Source: the human T2T-CHM13v2.0 reference genome, Homo sapiens
Assembly: GCF_009914755.1 (NCBI RefSeq)
Contig: NC_060939.1
Strand: one strand, 5' to 3'
Length of the DNA: 64,000 nucleotides
How positions within the stretch are numbered: position 1 is the first letter of the stretch; the number at the start of each line of letters is the position of its first letter. The notes below the pieces were generated by a model. It saw only the letters and a program-made list of their open reading frames with translations, was not told where the DNA came from and made no database searches. This document shows positions 32,457-47,856 of the stretch, one piece after another. The position numbers and the translations under genes are program-made.

Positions 32457-33995
32457 GGATTTTTTTTAATTGGAAAAAGATGAAGTTTTTCCTTGAGAGT
32501 TTCTTGATCCCTGAGTGCTGGATGGATGGGAGAGACAGAGAAGGGTAGGGAGACTGGGAGCCAAGGCTGAAGGGCCTTCCCAGCCACAGTCTTTGACCTG
32601 AGTCCATCCTTGCCTCTGCAGTGTTAGGACTCTTGTCTTCCAATTACAGCAACATTGGAGCTCTAGGTTTTGTTGAGATGCTGTGTGCTCTTGCCCCATC
32701 CTACTCCTTTGAACTTCGGTTTTCTCTGAGCTTCCCTACCTTCTTCCTCTCCTCTGCCTCTTAACTCCCATCCAACCAACAACCACTTCTCTAAGAGCTC
32801 AGCTCTGATCAGATTTCCCCATCTCACACTCCTTGGTTTCAGATATTTATCTTCCTTTCCCTTTCACCTATAATAGAAAGTCGATCATAAAAATGCAGGT
32901 TTTAGAATATTTAACCAGCATAGATTAATTGAGAGTCGTGGCAGGCAGTGGCCCCCTCCTGACAGTTATTGACATGCAACTTATCACTGTGCATAGGCTA
33001 ACTAAATGACAATGGAGGAATTAATCTATGCTTAGTCTTACCTTAGACTCACAGCAAGATTCATAAGTAAGACATGCTGGAATGGATATATTATATGAGG
33101 CCAAAAGACCCACTAGAAGATTATGCTCCATGGGTAGGCTCAGTGAACCCATCATTCAACAAGGCCACCAGGAATGAGCTGGCAAGAGGTTCACAAAGAA
33201 CACTAATCAATTCAGTGATACCTGTCCTCAGCAGGCTGGGTAGGGCTAACTGTAGATGAGACACTCACAAAGCTGGACTTATTAATGGTTATTTGCAGAA
33301 TGGGGCCCCAAATAATGGAGCCCTGGTAGCAGTCCCTCACCACCAGAAGTGGGGGGCCACAATTACTACAAAGTCAGAAGGGTAGCCAAGGGGGCTTGAC
33401 CCACAGGGAACTGTGGAGATGGTTTATAGAACATGGTGCACCGAAGGGCAAAATAGACAGGAACCAACAAGGGTACTGTTTGACATCTATAATCAGAAGA
33501 AGTCAAGAATGAAAGAGTAGAAAGCTGATGGTGATCACCCCAATAAAAAAAGTCATGATCCTTCATTCAGTTCCCAGACCTGAAGATCTTCAATTTCAGA
33601 TCCAAAACCCATTGACTGAGGAGTTGGCCAGGTGTCCTAGAGAAAGGACCCTGCAACACCACAGGAAGTATATACTGCAATGAATCTCTCAGTCCTTCAT
33701 CAAAGGACCTACGAGCAATACCCTAGTGACTACACACTGGGGAAGGGGGAATGCCCAGGTGTTTCAGGTATTACTGGACAGAGGATTTAAGTTGACATTG
33801 ACACCAAAAGACCCAAAGCTTCATCATGACCTCCTTGTCAGAGTGAGGGCTTACAAGTACCACGTAGTCAGTAGAGTCCTGGCTAACATCTAGCTTACAG
33901 TTGGTCCACTGGGTCAATTGATACAACTGGTGGTCATTTTCCCAGTTCTAGAGTGCGTAGTTGGGGTTGATGCACTTGTCAGTTGGGGTAGCCCC

Positions 33996-34516
33996 TGTAA
34001 TTGTTTCCTATTATGCTGTAACAAATCACCACAAACATAAGTAGTTTAAAATGACAAACATTTATTATCTTATGGTTCTGCAGGTTAGAAGTTCAAAATG
34101 AATTTTACTGGGCTAAAATCAAGGTGTTAGCAAGGCAGTGTTCCTTCTGGAGGGTCTAGGGAAGAATCTGTTGCAGGGTTGTTGTTTGTTTGTTTGTTTG
34201 CCTTTTTTTAGCTTCTAGAAGCCACCCACATTCCTTGGCTTAAGGTCTCTTCCTCTACCTTCAAAGCTAGCAATTGCATCACTCCAACCTCTGCCTCCAT
34301 CATCCCATCTCCTTCTCCGACTCTCCTGCTTCCCTATTTCCCTTATATGAACCTTGTGATTACAATGGGTCCACCAGACAATCCAGAATAATCTCCCGGT
34401 CTCGAGGTCCATAATTTACATCTGCAACGTCCCTTTTGCTGTTGAAGTAGCATATTCACATGTTCTGGGAATTAGGACATGAGTATCTTCAAGGAGCCAT
34501 CCTTCTGCCTGTCACA
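33996..34516 (-). mobile_element. MaLR solo LTR (MLT1D-like) inserted in the ERVL
   Basis: TG...CA ends with 5-bp TSD GCCCC (33991-33995 and 34517-34521). Confidence 0.85.
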
Positions 34517-36323
34517 GCCCCACATGGGGTTCTTGGCCTGTGGAGTAACAGATATCATAGTAGAGAAGGCCAAGTGGAACCCTCTGAATTTGCAACCCCT
34601 CCCCTAGCCCTGGCCAAAATAGTTAATCAGAAACAATGTGCTATCTAGGGAGATGCCAGATATTAGTGCCATCTTTAAGGATTTCAAGGAGGCAGGGGTG
34701 ATAGGCCATAACATATATCAGTTTCATTCACCAGTCTAGACCCTGCAGAGACCAGATGGATCCTGGAGAGTGACTATAGATTCCCACAAGATCAACTAAG
34801 TAGTCTTGATTACAGCTGCCCTGCAGAAGGCAGTATTATTGCTAAAATAGATTAATAAGGCCTCAGGTACAAGATATACCATCATTGGTTTGGCAAGCTC
34901 ATTTCTATTCCACTCAGAAAAGAGCATCAGAAACAGCTTTCATTACCATAGATAAGACAATAGTATTCATTTCCAGTTTTGCCTCTAGGCTGTTAACTCT
35001 CTCAGTCTCTATCATAATATAGTCTAAAAAATCTAAGGCACTTGGACGTCCCATAGAACAGTACACTGATTCATTACACCAATGGCATCATGCTGATCAG
35101 ACATGACCAGCAAGAGCTGGCTAGTACTCCAGAGCTCCAGAGGTCTTACAAGGTAAGACATTTGCAATCTAGAGGTGGGAGATAAACACTACAAAGATTC
35201 AGAAATCGGTCACTTTGATAATTTTTTAAGAGTCAAGAAGTCAGGCATGTTCTGGGATATTACCTCCGAAGTAAAAAACTAATTGATGTATCTTTTATTG
35301 CCTAACCTAAAGAAGAAAGGTGGGCCTCTTTGGGTTCTACATCTAGGAATACTGCTTGGGCCCACCTACCGGTCAACACAAAAGACTGACAGCTTGAAGT
35401 GGGGCCCAGGTCAGGAAAGAGCTCTGTGCAGCCCTGCCACATAGTCCAGTCTAGCAGACTGCATGATGTTGGAGGTATCTGGTGCATTAGAAGATGCCGT
35501 GGTGGAGTTTATTGCAAGGCCCATTGGAAAAATTGCAAGCAGGTCTCTGGGGTACTGGACCAATGCCACACTATCTACAGCAAAGATTTATACGCCTTTC
35601 AATAAACAGTTCCTGGTACATCATTGGACCCAGGTAGAAATGGAACACTTGATTTGGGGGCAAATGACCATGCATCCACCACAGTCCATCATGAGCTGAA
35701 TTCTCCAAGTCCTGCATTGAAATAGGCTCAGCAGCAGTCTATCATAAGATGAAAATTATACCTCTAAGACTTGGTCTGAGCAGGACTGGGGCCATGAATA
35801 AACTTCATGAGCAGGTAGCCCAGAAGCTTAAGGCACTCTCAACAGTTTTTTCAACTCATTGAAGCCATATGGGTCCCATATGATCAACTGAAGGAGGAGA
35901 AAATGTCTAAGCTTGATTACTGCTGTATCAGCTTGCTATGTAGGCATGAGCTGAAAATGGGCAGCAGCTGTATTACAGCCACTGAAAGACAGGCAAGAGG
36001 GACAAATCTTTCCCGCAGAAAAGCTGGATCCTCCTAATACACTTTGTGAGGAAGAAAAGTGGCTAAGAGGAAAACATACACAGATTCCTGAGCAGGGGCC
36101 AATGGCTGAACCAGCTGGTTAGGAACCAAAATGAAAGGATTGGAAGATTAGAGACAAGGAAGTCTGCAGTAGAGGCATGTAGATGAACATGAATATGAGA
36201 GTGGGCTCAACCTCTGGTGATATTTGAATTATAAGTTAATGCCCACCAGAAAACATCCATCATGGAAGAGAAAATAGAAAATAGACAACCAAGTAGACAA
36301 AATGATTTGGCCATTTGGCCAAA

Positions 36324-36789
36324 ATCTAAATTTTTGTAGGGTTGATCTACCACCTCTAGATTGCAAATGTCTTACCTTGTAAGACCTCTGGAGTACTAGT
36401 CAGCTCTTGCTGGTCATGTCTGATCAGCATGATGTCATCGGTATAACGAATCAGTGTAAGGCTCTTTTTTTTTTTTTTTTTTGAGACCAAGTTTTGCTTT
36501 TGTTGCCCAGGCTGGAGTGCAGTGGCACAATCTCAGCTCACCACAACCTCCGCCTCCTGAGTTCAAGCGATTCTCCTGCCTCAGCCTTCCTGAGTAGCTG
36601 GGATTACAGGCATGCACCACCACACCTGGTTAATTTTGTATTTTTAGTAGAGACGGGGTTTCTCCATGTTGGCCAGGCTGGTCTCAAACTCCTGACCTCA
36701 GATGATCCACCCGCCTTGTCCTCCCAAAGTGCTGGGATTACAGGCATAAGCCACTGCGCCCGGCTGTATCAGTGTAATGTTCTATGGGA
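36324..36789 (-). repeat. Inverted local copy of 35049-35203, later split by an Alu (36465-36764)
   Basis: The reverse complement aligns at ~92% to the ERVL RT segment. Confidence 0.9.
36465..36764 (-). mobile_element. AluS (Sp/Sq-like)
   Basis: Alu dimer with poly(T); flanking repeat ATCAGTGTAA. Confidence 0.92.
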
Positions 36790-37194
36790 GAGGAGGCAAG
36801 CCTGTCATTGGCCACCCCAGAAGTGGTATGATGGGCACATAAATGGAGAGATGGAAGCTATGCATAGGCCCAACAGCATGCATTCCCACTGACTGTGACC
36901 AGTGTAGCCACTGTCACCTCTGAATGTCCAGTCTACTAGCAACAGAGGTCAAAGCTAAGCCTTGGAAATGGCACTGTTCCTGGAGGAGACCACAGGGCCA
37001 CAGAGTGACAAGTCTGCCTGTATTGGGCCCCTCCATCTTGTAAGAGACAGCTGTCCAACCTCTCTCTAGGTTTCAGGTCTCATTCCCTTCCCTAGACTGG
37101 CCCTTGCCCCACTCACAGATCCTATTAAACTACCTGGCTGGTGACTTCAGCCTTGACCCTTACTTTGGCAAATTCCCAGCCCTTCCAGTCTTAG

Positions 37195-37632
37195 CTTCGG
37201 AAGTATTACTGCTACTTATCCAATATTTATCCCTCTTTACCTTTTATCTTTACAGAAATAACACAGACTTTGTTCAGGATGACATTGCTTAACTATAAAT
37301 GTTTGATTTTCCAACCATATGAACAGTTCTGGCCAATGAGAGATAGTCTCTGAATGAAAAGGCAGAAGCTCACCAGCAAAGTGCCTCTTTACTGGCCATC
37401 CTTGTCATTTCACTAAACTTTTCCCTCCTTCTTCATGCTTGGACTATAGACAAGAGGTCTGGGGTTGTGGCAGCCATCCTTTGACCCTGAGGCATTTAAC
37501 AAATGACAGAGCAGAAAGATGTAAAGAGCTGTGGATCCTGGTTGTGTCTCTGAGAAACCAGACCAGCCCTGATCTGCTTACTTTGGGGCTGCCTGTGTGT
37601 AAGGCCAGTCAAACCCTGCTTCAGCCACTATA
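37195..37632 (+). mobile_element. MaLR LTR (MLT1I/J-like), 3' truncated
   Basis: CAGTTCTGGCCAATGAGA, GCAGCCATC..TTGACCCTGAGG and ACCAGCCCTG motifs. Confidence 0.6.
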
Positions 37633-37817
37633 GGAGGTTTTCATTCATTTGATCTCTTCTATGGAGTGGAATTGCTTCGAATCTGGCTGGCACTTGGCCC
37701 TAAATAGTATTAATAGATACTGAGCTATTGAAATGAAACTTTTATGACAATAACACATTGATGTATGTGCTCCTGCAAAGGGATTTAAAATACTACTAAT
37801 AATAAATGAATCTTAAA
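37633..37817 (+). repeat. Local direct duplicate of 38996-39180
   Basis: Manual alignment ~92% identical over ~185 bp of non-TE-looking sequence. Confidence 0.92.
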
Positions 37818-37821
37818 CTGA

Positions 37822-38198
37822 AAAAAGATATGCTGGAGTCATAAACCCCAGTATCTCAGAATGCGATCTTATTTGAAGATAGGATCTTTTTACAAAGATA
37901 GTCCAGTTAAAATGAGGTCATGAGGGGTGGGTCCTAATTCGATAGGACTGATGTCCTTATAAGAAGTGGAAATCTGGGGATATACATACACAAAGAAGAC
38001 AAAGTGAAGGCGGGAGAAGGCAGCCACATACAAGTCAGAGAGGCCTGGAACAGATCCTTCCCGCACAGCCCTCAGAGGAAACCAGCCCTGCTGACACCTT
38101 GATCTCAGACTTCTTGCCTCTAGAACTGAGAGACGATAAATTTCTGTTGTTTAAGCCACTCAGTTTGTGGTACTTGGCCCCCCTACCAAATGAATACA
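37822..38198 (+). mobile_element. MaLR LTR (MLT1B-like), 5' end clipped
   Basis: GTTAAAATGAGGTCA, GAAACCAGCCCTGCTGACACCTTGATCTCAGACTTC; ends AAATGAATACA. Confidence 0.8.
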
Positions 38199-41052
38199 GG
38201 AGGGTGTTCTGTTCTTTGAAACTGGATATATCTCTGTATGATACAGCTAGGCAGTCTCCCAGCTCTGCCACCAATCCCACACCCACCCTAAATGTGACTT
38301 CAACAATCATCAGATATAATTCAACATTTGGAAAAATCTCAGTGACTAGACAACTGTCCAGTGGACTTGTAAGGACAGCCAGTAAATCTAAGCTTAATGA
38401 GCCATTAAGAACACTGAATAGCTGGAGAGATTCTCTGCACTTTGCCTCAGAGTTCTTAGCAAGGGGCAGGGGTTGAGTTCCTCCCTCTCGCACAGGGAGC
38501 CCATGCCTTCCTTAATTGCTTCAACTTGTGTACAGACTGCCTGTGGCCATAGAGTCCTAGCTAGGTCTTGACGCAGTAAGATAGCACCACACAATGATGT
38601 GGTTTTGCTTTTGTACTGTCCTGTGCTCTAAATCTTGCCTACTTTGCTGTTGTGAGAAGCTTCTGAGTTTAATTGATTCATTTTGGAGATTGGTCTGCAT
38701 GCAAAAGTTTCAATGTTCTGATCATTAAGGAAGGATTAATGGAGTTGCCCTGGAAGGGACTTCATTGGACTAGTTTCCAAATTTAATATATGGCCTAGTT
38801 CCACCAAGAACCTGGATTATTCACTCTCTTATAGTGAGCTACTTGGCAGCCCCAACCTTACTAAGCAGAGGGCAAGATATTTAGGCAGTAAATTCAAAAT
38901 TCCACTCCTTCCACCATTTACTCAGTCCCAAACTTCTCATAAATTTTCAAGTGAAATTCAAGAAGGTTTTTCTTCCTAAATGGGAAATATAGATTGGAGG
39001 TTTTCATTCATTTTGATTTCTTCTTTGGAGTGGAATTCCTAGAATCTGACTGGCACTTGGCCCTAAATGGTATTAATAGATACTGAGCTATGGAGATGAA
39101 ACTTTTATGACAATAACATATTGATGTATGTGCTCATACAAAGGGATTTAAAATACTACTACTAATAAATGGATCTTAAAAGCATCCTAACAACTGTTGG
39201 TCTTTGATACTTACTTAATGCTGGCTGGATCCAGTGCAAGATACACTGCTAAGAAAATCCTAATAGTTATTTTTAAAATAATAATACATTTATTTATTCA
39301 TTCTTACATGTCATTTAAATACGATTAGCAATCCTTTTTTATTCTCAGAGAAAACTCTTAGTGAGTCTGAGGATCAGATATGTCCCCAATATGTGTTCAT
39401 ACTGCTTAGCGTGGAATTGCATATGTTCTTTGCAGGTTTTGGCTGTGTGCAAATCGTGTGAGCGCTTTTTACAATAGAGAAAGCATTTTGGACAGATGTT
39501 GAAATGAAGCTTCTCCATCATGCAGCTTTTAGAGTATTTGTCTCATGTGTTTTAACCCCTGTTCCCAATATCTTGTATTTCAGTGCTCACAGCTGAAGCA
39601 CATGTCCTATTTTATGCCCTTCCTCATAACTACTGCTGATTATTTTGCATCTTGCACATCTAAATGTTCAGTTTTTCTTCCTAATTCCAATGATTCTCCT
39701 CATTTCTCAATGTCCTTTGTCCATCTTTGCTGCTCCATTTGCACTGCCTCCCAAAGGTCACTGTGGCTCCTTCTCTGACTTCCACAGTCAAGTTACACTT
39801 CATAAAAATTCTAAGCTCATTTTCAGAAGCCACAAATCTATCCTTCTTTAAAGTCTTCAAACTTTGATTGTGTAAATAAATACTCAGAAACAAGATTTCT
39901 AAAAAAAAAACACTATTGGCCATCGTATGTTCAAAGGAGATAACAAATGTTTAACCTTATATGTTGTAGGCTTTCTAAACTTAATTTCAAAAAAAGACTA
40001 AATAAACAGTGTCAATATGTCTATAAACTCACAACGAAAATTTTCAGATCATCCAATTGTATATTCATTGGCCGGAAACAATCATGTAAAAACCACAGCC
40101 CTGGAGCTGGGTAGCATAGAAACAAGAAGATTCAGCATTTCATGGTTGGTGACCTCAAATCTCTAAAGGGTTGTCAGGTTAAAAAAAAAAAAAAGAAAAG
40201 AAAAGAATAGAAATTTGACCTGATCTATAAAAATGAAAGTCGCTGGGCAAAGTTTTGGCTTTTCACTCCTGACAAAGATGAGCTCTCTCATAGGTAGACC
40301 AAGGCACACGAGTGATGACTTTCGTGGCCCCAAAATTCTTCAAGAAAATAGTAGATTGAGGAAGCGATCTGCGCATTGATAGAGGTGCTGTTTGAACTGG
40401 ATGACATTTAAGCTTCCTTCTTTCTCCAAGATTCTGTGAGGCCATGAAGCATGCTATTTCATCCCCACTCCAATTGCTGTCTCCCTGGCCTGGTGCCCTT
40501 ACCACCTCAATCTTGGGTCACTGATCTCTTTTGCAAGAAATCAGTCCTGCCTACCACCTGCAACTTCATCTTCCTAAAATGTCACTTTCCTTAAGGCCTG
40601 CTCTGTTCAAAGGCCAGTTCCCAGCCACACCAATGTAAATGCTTGTATTTATCGTTGATAAGCTCTTCCCACCCCATGAGATCATGAACTCTGCTCCAGG
40701 TAGACTGGCTTTTTTTGCTGTGTCCCCCACCCCGCCGCCCCCACATCTCACTAGTCCTCCACAGGGATCTTTACTTTTTTTTTAAATCAACACATTTCCT
40801 AGGCAGAGGAAATGTTTCAAGCAAAGGCACAAATATATAAAAACACTAGATGTATTCAGGAAATCGTAAGTAAAAGCATTTGCTCTATGACTCCCAGCTA
40901 GGTCTAACACTACATTTAGTTATCGCTTCTAACATCCTCATTCTTCTATTTTTAATAATAGTGCCCAACCCACCAAGGTTCTAAATCCGCAAATCTCCTT
41001 GTCCGTCTTCGCTCCCAGATATGGCCCCTGCCACCTAACATTGTCAATTTAA

Positions 41053-41131
41053 TTGGGTTGAACCGTATGAAATTGCCATTACTGAAGGTAAAAATGGTCT
41101 GGTATCAGCAATTTCACATGATTCAACCTAA
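41053..41131. mobile_element. MADE2 mariner-derived MITE (~80 bp hairpin)
   Basis: TIRs TT(G/A)GGTTGAACCGTATGAAATTGC ... GCAATTTCACATGATTCAACCTAA. Confidence 0.85.
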
Positions 41132-41607
41132 TAGTTTTTCGAGGTCCTTAAAACTCTCTCCTCTTCTCTTCTGACCATCCCAGACACTCTTCTGCCTCTC
41201 GCCTCTCCAGCCACCTCCTGGATCAAGGCCTTCGCTCCTCACTGGCCTCCTGGCACTTTCCCAGCCCATCCAGCTCACAGGTACCAGAAAACAATATAAA
41301 ACAGTGTTCTCCAATGCCTGCAAGACACACCCCAAAACTCTCAGTTGAGCCTCCCAGACTCTCTACAATCTGCCTCTGACTTGCTTTTCCAAACTTATTT
41401 TCTACTCTTCAGCTCACCCAAAATCTTCACTGGAAGAGACCCTAGAGCTCACCTAGTCTCATGGTTCCCAAACTCAGCTTCACAGCAGAATCCCCTGAGG
41501 AGCTTTTACTTTATCGGTCATTCTATCTAGCTCTCTAGCCATACATTTATTTATATATGGGTTTATCATGCCTAGCACTTAAAAATTTTTTTAATTAATA
41601 GACTTTC

Positions 41608-41909
<302 letters not shown>

Positions 41910-42311
41910 TTACTTTTTAGAGCAGTTTTAGGCTTACAGCAAAATTAACCGGAAAGTACAGAGAGTTCTCACATTGCCCTACCCCATACACACAGGCAGC
42001 CTCTCTACCATCAACAACCCACATTAGGGTGCAGGCATTACAATCAATAACCAACATTGACACATCATTACCAACAAAAGAAAAATGTTTTTGAATAGGC
42101 AATACATACTTTAAAAAAAAAAAAGGATCCAAGCAGTATAAAAAGATATGCAGGGAAACGGAAGTCTCTCCAGCTCCTGATCCCTGAAGCCGCAGTCTCC
42201 CTCCCTGAGATATATTCTATGTATATGATTATACTTGTAGGTAGGTCTTCATCTACAATTTTAATACAAATGAAGCATGCCATACACCTGTAATGAACCT
42301 AAATTTTTTCC

Positions 42312-42314
42312 TAT

Positions 42315-42349
<35 letters not shown>

Positions 42350-42634
42350 TTTTGAGACAGAGTCTCGCTCTGTCATCCAGGCTGGAGTGCAGTGGCACTC
42401 GGCTCACTGCAAGCTCCGCCTCCCAGGTTCATGCCATTCTCCTGCCTCAGCCTCCCGAGTAGCTGAGACTACAGGCACCCGCCGCCACACCCGGCTAATT
42501 TTTTTTTTTTTTTTTAAGTAAAGACGGGGTTTCACCATGTTAGCCAGGATGGTCTCCATCTCTTGACCTCGTGATCTGCCCGTCTCAGCCTCCCAAAGTG
42601 CTGGGATTACAGGCGTGAGCCACCATGCCTGGCC
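42312..42634 (-). mobile_element. AluY/Sc8-like with (TTTA)n tail
   Basis: GCAAGCTCCGCC and GTTAGCCAGGATGG diagnostics. Confidence 0.9.
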
Positions 42635-44104
42635 AATTTTTTCTTTTTAATAATACATATTGTTGATCAGTGCAGGAATTAGGGGAAAATTTTTTAATGC
42701 ATATTGAAGATTGTGCAATATCAATACAAATTACACTGCATCATTCTTTTTAACAGCATTTTGCCAAGTCATCTAAAGTATATATTTACGTCTTTAACTC
42801 ATCATCCCCTATTGACAGATATAAGGAACTTTTTAAACTGTTGGTTTCCAGATCTCATCCCAAAATTATTGAATACGAATTTCAAGAGGTGAACCCAGAA
42901 ATTTGTATTTCATACATCTTCTCTAGGTTACTCTCATGTAGGCATCTCACAAGACTAGTTTACAAAGCAATAAAATAGCTCATCCTTCTAATTTTCCAAA
43001 TAAGAAAACTAGGTTTAAAAGATATAAAGCGATTTTCTCAAAGTCTCACAGCAGAGAAGTTAGAGGCAGAGTTAACTGTACAACAGGGCCCCCTGAATAG
43101 GAGGTGTGGAGGAATTAATTCATCTAGGATATACACCATAAAAATGTGACTAGGATAAGTAACCCCAAATACCCTAGTCCCGTTTATCAAGAGGTTTTAA
43201 GTGATAGTGTTCTTGCAGTACAGTCGCTGATGTTCATGATGAGGACCCTGAAGTGCCTTCTGAGTCATCAAAGGGCTAGTAAGGTAATGCCATCATGGAT
43301 TTAATGAGAAGTGTGTTTTAAAGCCTACATCCATGGGTGGTAGGCTTGCATATTATCAATAAACAGCATATTAAACTTATTCATAACTCATTAAAATCAC
43401 TTCTGGCTATTCCATAAAAGCAGAAGTTTTCTGTATATCTGCACAGGGAATGTTCTAGAAAGATCTTGGTTTCCAGAAATCTCTAGTCTCTACTTTAGCA
43501 TTTAAGCTCAGTTTCTTCGGCTATAAAATTAGGATAATAGTACTATCCATATTATCCACTACCTCATGGGGTTGCTGTGAGACAATTTATATGAAAGGAT
43601 TTTCAAAAGCATAATATCTCCTATACAAAATAAAATAATAGTATTTTATCACTTTTAAAGATATGCATCCAACAAAATGCTCTGATGGAGAAGATTTGGC
43701 CCAGGCCAAATTGACTAACACCATTCATGCATCTTGCTTTAAATTTTTAAAATTCTTTCTAACCTATGAATGTAATATAATCACAAGGTTAAAAAAAATC
43801 CAAAGGTCAAGAGAATATAAAATGAAAAGACAGTAATAATAGCATAGGTCTGGATTGAGAGACATAGACAGATAGCACTTATCACATGCCATGCATATGG
43901 TAAATGCTCCTCAGAAAAACTCTTTGAGGTAAGTTACTATTATTATCTGCATTTCATAGATGATCAAACTGAGGCACAGAGAAATTTAGTAACTTTCCCA
44001 AGTTACACAGTTAGTAAGTGTCAGAGCTGGTTTTCTGTCATCACCCCCCAAATACTAGTCTTATTCTCTAAAGATGACCACTGTTTCACAGTCAATTCCA
44101 CATC

Positions 44105-45003
<899 letters not shown>

Positions 45004-46527
45004 GACAGTCCTCTAGAACTTTTCTATACAAATAAAACTTTTTTTTACAGAAATTATATCCTTTGCATTTTGCCTTTACGGATATCAAAGTGATCCCCTC
45101 ATTTACTAGTACAGCTAGAATTCCATGTGCAGAAGCTACATAATTTCACAAGCAAGTCCCCTATCGATGGGCATGTAGGTTATTTGAAGCAAAACACCCC
45201 TTTCACTGATTTGCTAAGTATGCACTGAACATCGCTGTGAACCAGGCTCTGTGTTGGATGGTGTTGGAGGCACAGAGATGGGGGATAAGACCCCTGCTCT
45301 GAATACATTCTCAGCCTAGAGGGAGAAAAGACAGTTAAGCAATTGTGAAAGGGCCTGGAAGATATCACTGTGGAAGGGGTATTAGGTATCAGGTAAGGGG
45401 CTGAACATGTCTGATAACTCCAGAAGTAAGGACACCATCTCACTTTGCACAGATGAGTAAACTGAGTCACAAATTTGCCATTTGTTTCACCCACACCTTC
45501 CATAAAAACATGAAAAACATGTGCTACAGTTGGAACCAGCGCTAAAGACTCATGGGGTGGGTAGCACCCATAATGCCATTTTTAGACCGTGCCCAGATCC
45601 TGCAATTCTAATACATGCCCTGAAAAATTAAGTCAATAAAATAAAATTAAAAAATCAGTCAAACAAAGACCTTGGCATTTGGGAGACCATACGATTGACT
45701 ACGTTTCACTTTTCAGTCAGGGTTCTGGCATCTTTTAGTCACTGTCTAAATTACTTCATGTGACATTTTTATTGAGCTTTTTTTAAAACAGAGAATTCTG
45801 TATTCATTTTCTTCTCATCCAATGGTAATTTTTCTTTGTCCACCTGAAAAGAATACATTACAGAATAATATTTGATTGTTCACAAGACAGTCAAGGCTTT
45901 ATTTAGAATTAATGTCAAAGAAATGCCCTGTGCCCATAAGGTGCTATTCATGTTCTCGGTTCTCCTCACGTGGCCTGGCCGCACCACGGCAACTCCGCCG
46001 GGCTCTATTTTTCAAGTCAGTTACACGTATTACTAAAAGGAACATCATTCTCTTAGTTGACTATTTTATGACAAATGAGTGCTTGCTTTTTCTCAAAATA
46101 CCTCCTATAAAAGCCATTTTTTTCTGAAGTGGTAAAGATAGAAACATTGGATTTAGGTAGACCCAAGGTTGGAGTCCTAAGTCCAACACTTACTGACTGT
46201 GTGGCCTTAGGTAGGTAATTTAACTTCTACCTAAGTTTCCTTGTCTCTGAAATGGGTTTACTCAGACCTACCCCATAGGGTTGGACCAATGTAGAGTGCC
46301 TGGGTCAGAATGAGAGGCTCAGTAAACTATAGAAATTATCACTGACCTTCCCTGAGCCAATGTAAGTGATGCTTAACTCTTCCCACTCTCCCTTCCTGGA
46401 AAGCTGGTTGGTCTTAACACTTGGGGAAGAGATCCTTTAGCACTTTAAGCATCGCTTGTGGGCAAGGTCAGGTTTGACTAGGTCAGGGAAGGGAGGAAGC
46501 CAAAGGGGAGGCAGTGTTGAGTGTTAG

Positions 46528-47205
<678 letters not shown>

Positions 47206-47656
47206 TCACAGTTACAGGGAACCGAACAAAACAGAAAGAGGCCGGCTAGATCTGGAAACGGAGGTTTGATTCTGGGTAAGGGGGCTGGGACTGTGTTTTG
47301 AGTAATATTTGTTTTACTGCAAATAGGCACAGTAAAATCTCAGGGCTGCCTGCCTCATGGTTGCAGAAAGGCTCACAGGAGAGAATGGAAATGAGAGTGC
47401 TTTGAACATTCCATGTAATCATTATTATCATTCATTGGGTACAATCTACCACTCTGGTGAATAAAAAGAGTCCCTTTGTTGTGACCTCCTATGCTCAGAC
47501 ATCAGCCTTGACCTTGCCCACAATGTTCCTGATATAGAGCTACACTGGGTCGTGGGTAATCCTAGAACGCCTTTAGGCACGTAAATGCTGGAAGAAGTCC
47601 ACCAACTTCAAGGCAATGAATGAAGGGAAGAGAAGATATATTTGCTTCGTCTACAT

Positions 47657-47856
47657 CAGGGCTTCTCATCCCTGAGCTGGATAATTCCGTGTGTGGGGGC
47701 TGTCCTGTGCAATGTAGGATGTTTAGCGGTATCCCTAGCCTCTACCCACTAAATGTCAGTACAATTACACATTTTTGTCATAAGCAAAAATGTCTCCAGA
47801 GATTGCCAAAATGGAGGGGTGCAAAATCATCCCCTCCCCTACCTCCACTGAGAGCT
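47657..47856 (-). mobile_element. MER20 relic
   Basis: CTGTCCTGTGCA.TGTAGGATGTTTAGC and AAAATGTCTCCAGA.ATTGCCAAA. Confidence 0.78.

Larger units (their letters stand above)
33060..37060 (+). mobile_element. ERVL-class (ERV3-16/HERV16-like) internal gag-pro-pol relic
   Basis: MLEWIYY gag-like segment; protease-like TTACTGGACA (LLD) ~33771; degenerate RT (PDGSWR-like ~34752, Y-x-D-D region ~35074) and RNaseH/integrase-like sequence. Confidence 0.7.

Noticed and set aside
45955-46015. Small CpG-rich patch with E-box CACGTG and a CTCF-like word
   Set aside because: Motif match too weak to call without data.
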